Positions 62,075 through 64,000 of a stretch of 64,000 bases of DNA are shown here, one piece after another (within the stretch, counting starts at the first letter, position 1; each line of letters begins with the position of its first letter). Below the pieces are notes generated by a model. It made no database searches, was not told the DNA's origin, and was given only the letters and a program-made list of their open reading frames with translations. Source of the stretch: Acidobacteriota bacterium (GTDB lineage: Bacteria > Acidobacteriota > Thermoanaerobaculia > Multivoradales > UBA5704). The stretch covers positions 2,746 to 66,745 of the forward strand of contig JBEQUE010000005.1 of the NCBI GenBank assembly GCA_040349255.1. Direction: 5' to 3'. Made by a program: the position numbers and the translations under genes.

Positions 62075-63995
62075 CCCTCCGCTCCCTGTTGATCTCCTCG
62101 TCACGGGCAATCTCCGCTTCCAGAGCACGAATTTCCTGGATCAACGCGCTAGCGTCATGCGGCCTCCGCTGCTCCAGAGCCAATTCCAGCTCCAATGCCT
62201 TGGCATAGACCGCGAGCCGCAGACGTTGCGGCAAACGCGACCGCTCGTTCCCACAGGCAAGGACGGCAGCATTGGCGAGTCTGGCCGCAGCGTCCCATTC
62301 TCCATGCTCGTTGAGCAGAGAGAGGAGCGGTATCACGGCCATGGGCCTCCCGTGTGCCACTTCCTGGCCGACCGTTACAATGCGCTCTGCAACACGGCTT
62401 ACTTCCTCCCCGGGGAGCCTCTTCAGTTGTTCGACGACGAACTCACTCCGATGGTCAAATGGCTGACCCGTGATGGGCAAGCTCAGTAGCAGGTCCCCAT
62501 ATCCAGGACAGCTCCGCAGGAAGTGGCCAGCCTCACGCACGAAACCATACGCGTGCTCCTCCTCTAGCCTGCGCCCGATCGCCAACGAGTAGCGCTGGGC
62601 CCTGCCGAACAGTTGTTGGTCCTCCGACGCCAGAGCCAACAGCTTGGAGAGTGCTCTGGCAAGGAAGTTCCCATCCAATCCCTGGTCTGCGTAGACTCGA
62701 ACAAGCGCGCTCACCCGCTGGAGCGCAAGGGTTCGATAATGCTCGGGCAAAGTGGCGTTCTGAAGGGAGTAGAGGGCTCGCTGGTGAACCCCCATATATG
62801 GATCGCCAAGCAGGATGAGAAAACTCTCATGGAGAAGAGAGGGAAGGTTCTCGGCTCCGAGATGGTCACAAAGATCCTTGTATGCGACACATGCTGCGGA
62901 CCTGACGAGGATCGAGGCATGCGTCATGGCCGAATAGACCTCCGGAAGAACCCGAGACTGCTGCACGTGGCTGGCGCGGATCTCTCCCAGGACTTCGACC
63001 AGCATCGCCCTGAAGCGGTCAGCAAGAGGTGGCAGGGGATGCAACGTCTCGAAGATCAGCGTCAATACCTTGTTTCGAACGTCCGAGTCGGGATGATGCC
63101 GGGCTATCCACACAACAAACTCCATCAGAGCGTTCGCAAGGCCAAGGAGAGCCATCTGTCTTGCTCCGTGGAACAGCTCCTGCAATCCCTTCGGCCGTGG
63201 ATCGCTGAGGATTGAAGAACCTTGGGCTGCAGCGTCCGCCTGCTGGCACGCCACCGCTGCTACTCCGAGCAATGTCTCGACCGATTCCGCGGCAAGGTCC
63301 CACGGGATTAGATATAAATCCTGATCCCGTAGGAATTCGTTCAAGCGCTGCAGCCGCGAATCCTCAGGAAGAGCCGCAAGGACCCTCAGGATCATTTGAA
63401 ATGCATTGGCCTGGACAGGGCTCGAGTTCGACGACCTCTCTCGTTCCTTGGATGAGTGCCGGCCCGAGGCATCACGGATCTGAAAGAAGTCCATAAGGGT
63501 CCTGAGCACTCCGCTCCTCACGTTCTCGTCACCATCCTCCAGATGGCGGTCGAGGAGGTCTTCGATGTCCCGAGGAAAGTGAAGAAGCAGTGCGGCCAAG
63601 GCCCAGGAGGCAGCCGCGGATGTGGGACCCGCGTCGTATGAATCGTCGGGCAACCTGAAAGAACCGATGAGGCATGCGCCAAGACCCCTAGCATCGAGGG
63701 AGGCGCCACCGTTCAGGAACGTGACGATTGCGGACGCAGCGGCTCGCCTTGGATTTTTATCCTCCTGGGAGAGCGCATTCTTGAGACCTGCCTCTACCAC
63801 CTCCGGCGCGGCCCTGTGTGCAGCCAGGAGGGGGTCTGGATGGCTCGCTCTGAACCGGTCGAACACCGAACCACTAGGCTCCTCCGCCAGAACGAGCAGA
63901 CCGGGAAAGGCTGCCTGGATCTCTGCGGTATGAGATTCATCCAGTTGCCTGCCGGCGATTTCAACAGACTCCTCCATGGCTTCATGCCTTGCCAC
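62034..63995 (-). CDS. HEAT/ARM-like helical-repeat protein (at least 653 aa; may extend past the right edge)
   Basis: All-helical composition with recurrent HEAT-like D..VR..A/V..L segments (DGDENVRSGVLRTLMDFF, DSDVRNKVLTLIFETL, ILVRSAACVAYKDLCDHLG, DPYMGVHQRALYSLQN). The listed start is a GTG at 63995, but the frame stays open to position 64000. Confidence 0.55.
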   Translation of the reverse strand: MARHEAMEESVEIAGRQLDESHTAEIQAAFPGLLVLAEEPSGSVFDRFRASHPDPLLAAHRAAPEVVEAGLKNALSQEDKNPRRAAASAIVTFLNGGASLDARGLGACLIGSFRLPDDSYDAGPTSAAASWALAALLLHFPRDIEDLLDRHLEDGDENVRSGVLRTLMDFFQIRDASGRHSSKERERSSNSSPVQANAFQMILRVLAALPEDSRLQRLNEFLRDQDLYLIPWDLAAESVETLLGVAAVACQQADAAAQGSSILSDPRPKGLQELFHGARQMALLGLANALMEFVVWIARHHPDSDVRNKVLTLIFETLHPLPPLADRFRAMLVEVLGEIRASHVQQSRVLPEVYSAMTHASILVRSAACVAYKDLCDHLGAENLPSLLHESFLILLGDPYMGVHQRALYSLQNATLPEHYRTLALQRVSALVRVYADQGLDGNFLARALSKLLALASEDQQLFGRAQRYSLAIGRRLEEEHAYGFVREAGHFLRSCPGYGDLLLSLPITGQPFDHRSEFVVEQLKRLPGEEVSRVAERIVTVGQEVAHGRPMAVIPLLSLLNEHGEWDAAARLANAAVLACGNERSRLPQRLRLAVYAKALELELALEQRRPHDASALIQEIRALEAEIARDEEINRERRDVFPRVPAPASGD

Positions 63996-64000
63996 GGCCT

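Noticed and set aside
1-64000. tRNA, rRNA, tmRNA, riboswitch, integrase or prophage signatures that could mark island boundaries
   Set aside because: By-eye scanning of the intergenic regions found no T-loop-type GGTTCGAATCC-like motifs or other recognisable RNA-gene signatures, and no recombinase ORFs. This is a weak negative and needs tRNAscan or Infernal-type tools to confirm.

Overview
This is a densely coding, high-GC bacterial chromosomal window (roughly two-thirds G+C judged by eye, not computed). I saw no rRNA, tRNA, CRISPR array, cas gene, transposase or integrase. The backbone is housekeeping: aceE, add, coaD, a tsaC-like gene, recN, lipA, lipB, nadA-nadB-nadC behind an NrtR-like regulator, glgC-glgA, qor, proline dehydrogenase, an MFS transporter and an S9 peptidase. 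The gene style (ECF sigma/anti-sigma pairs, CHAT and caspase proteases, carboxypeptidase-regulatory-like repeat proteins, an S55-like peptidase) resembles Acidobacteriota-type soil bacteria, but I cannot verify this without a database. Many genes are joined by 4-nt ATGA/GTGA or TGATG start/stop overlaps. Many long ORFs in the supplied track are wrong-frame or antisense artefacts of high GC. Between the housekeeping genes sit visibly lower-GC accessory patches with defence-type genes: a DUF262/DUF1524 GmrSD-like enzyme, an MNT/HEPN pair, a Type III R-M in res->mod order, and at the right edge a HEAT-repeat protein, a protein with a PD-(D/E)xK-like C-terminus and an orphan HicB. The most unusual signal is non-coding. 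There are two arrays of strictly phased 20-bp units, 16 units at 12901-13221 and about 21 units at 44941-45380. Each unit has a conserved 9-13 nt core and a short variable remainder, and each array lies just 3' of a restriction-type gene. The first array is bracketed by a pair of ~85-bp inverted repeats that each contain an 11-bp GC hairpin. Other second-look items are three small secreted cysteine-rich proteins (one translationally coupled to a 763-aa repeat protein), an S1 protease with a knottin-like 6-Cys tail, a HEPN protein with Tyr in place of the catalytic His, and candidate NrtR operators upstream of nadA. All functional calls come from reading motifs in the translations. No homology search was possible.
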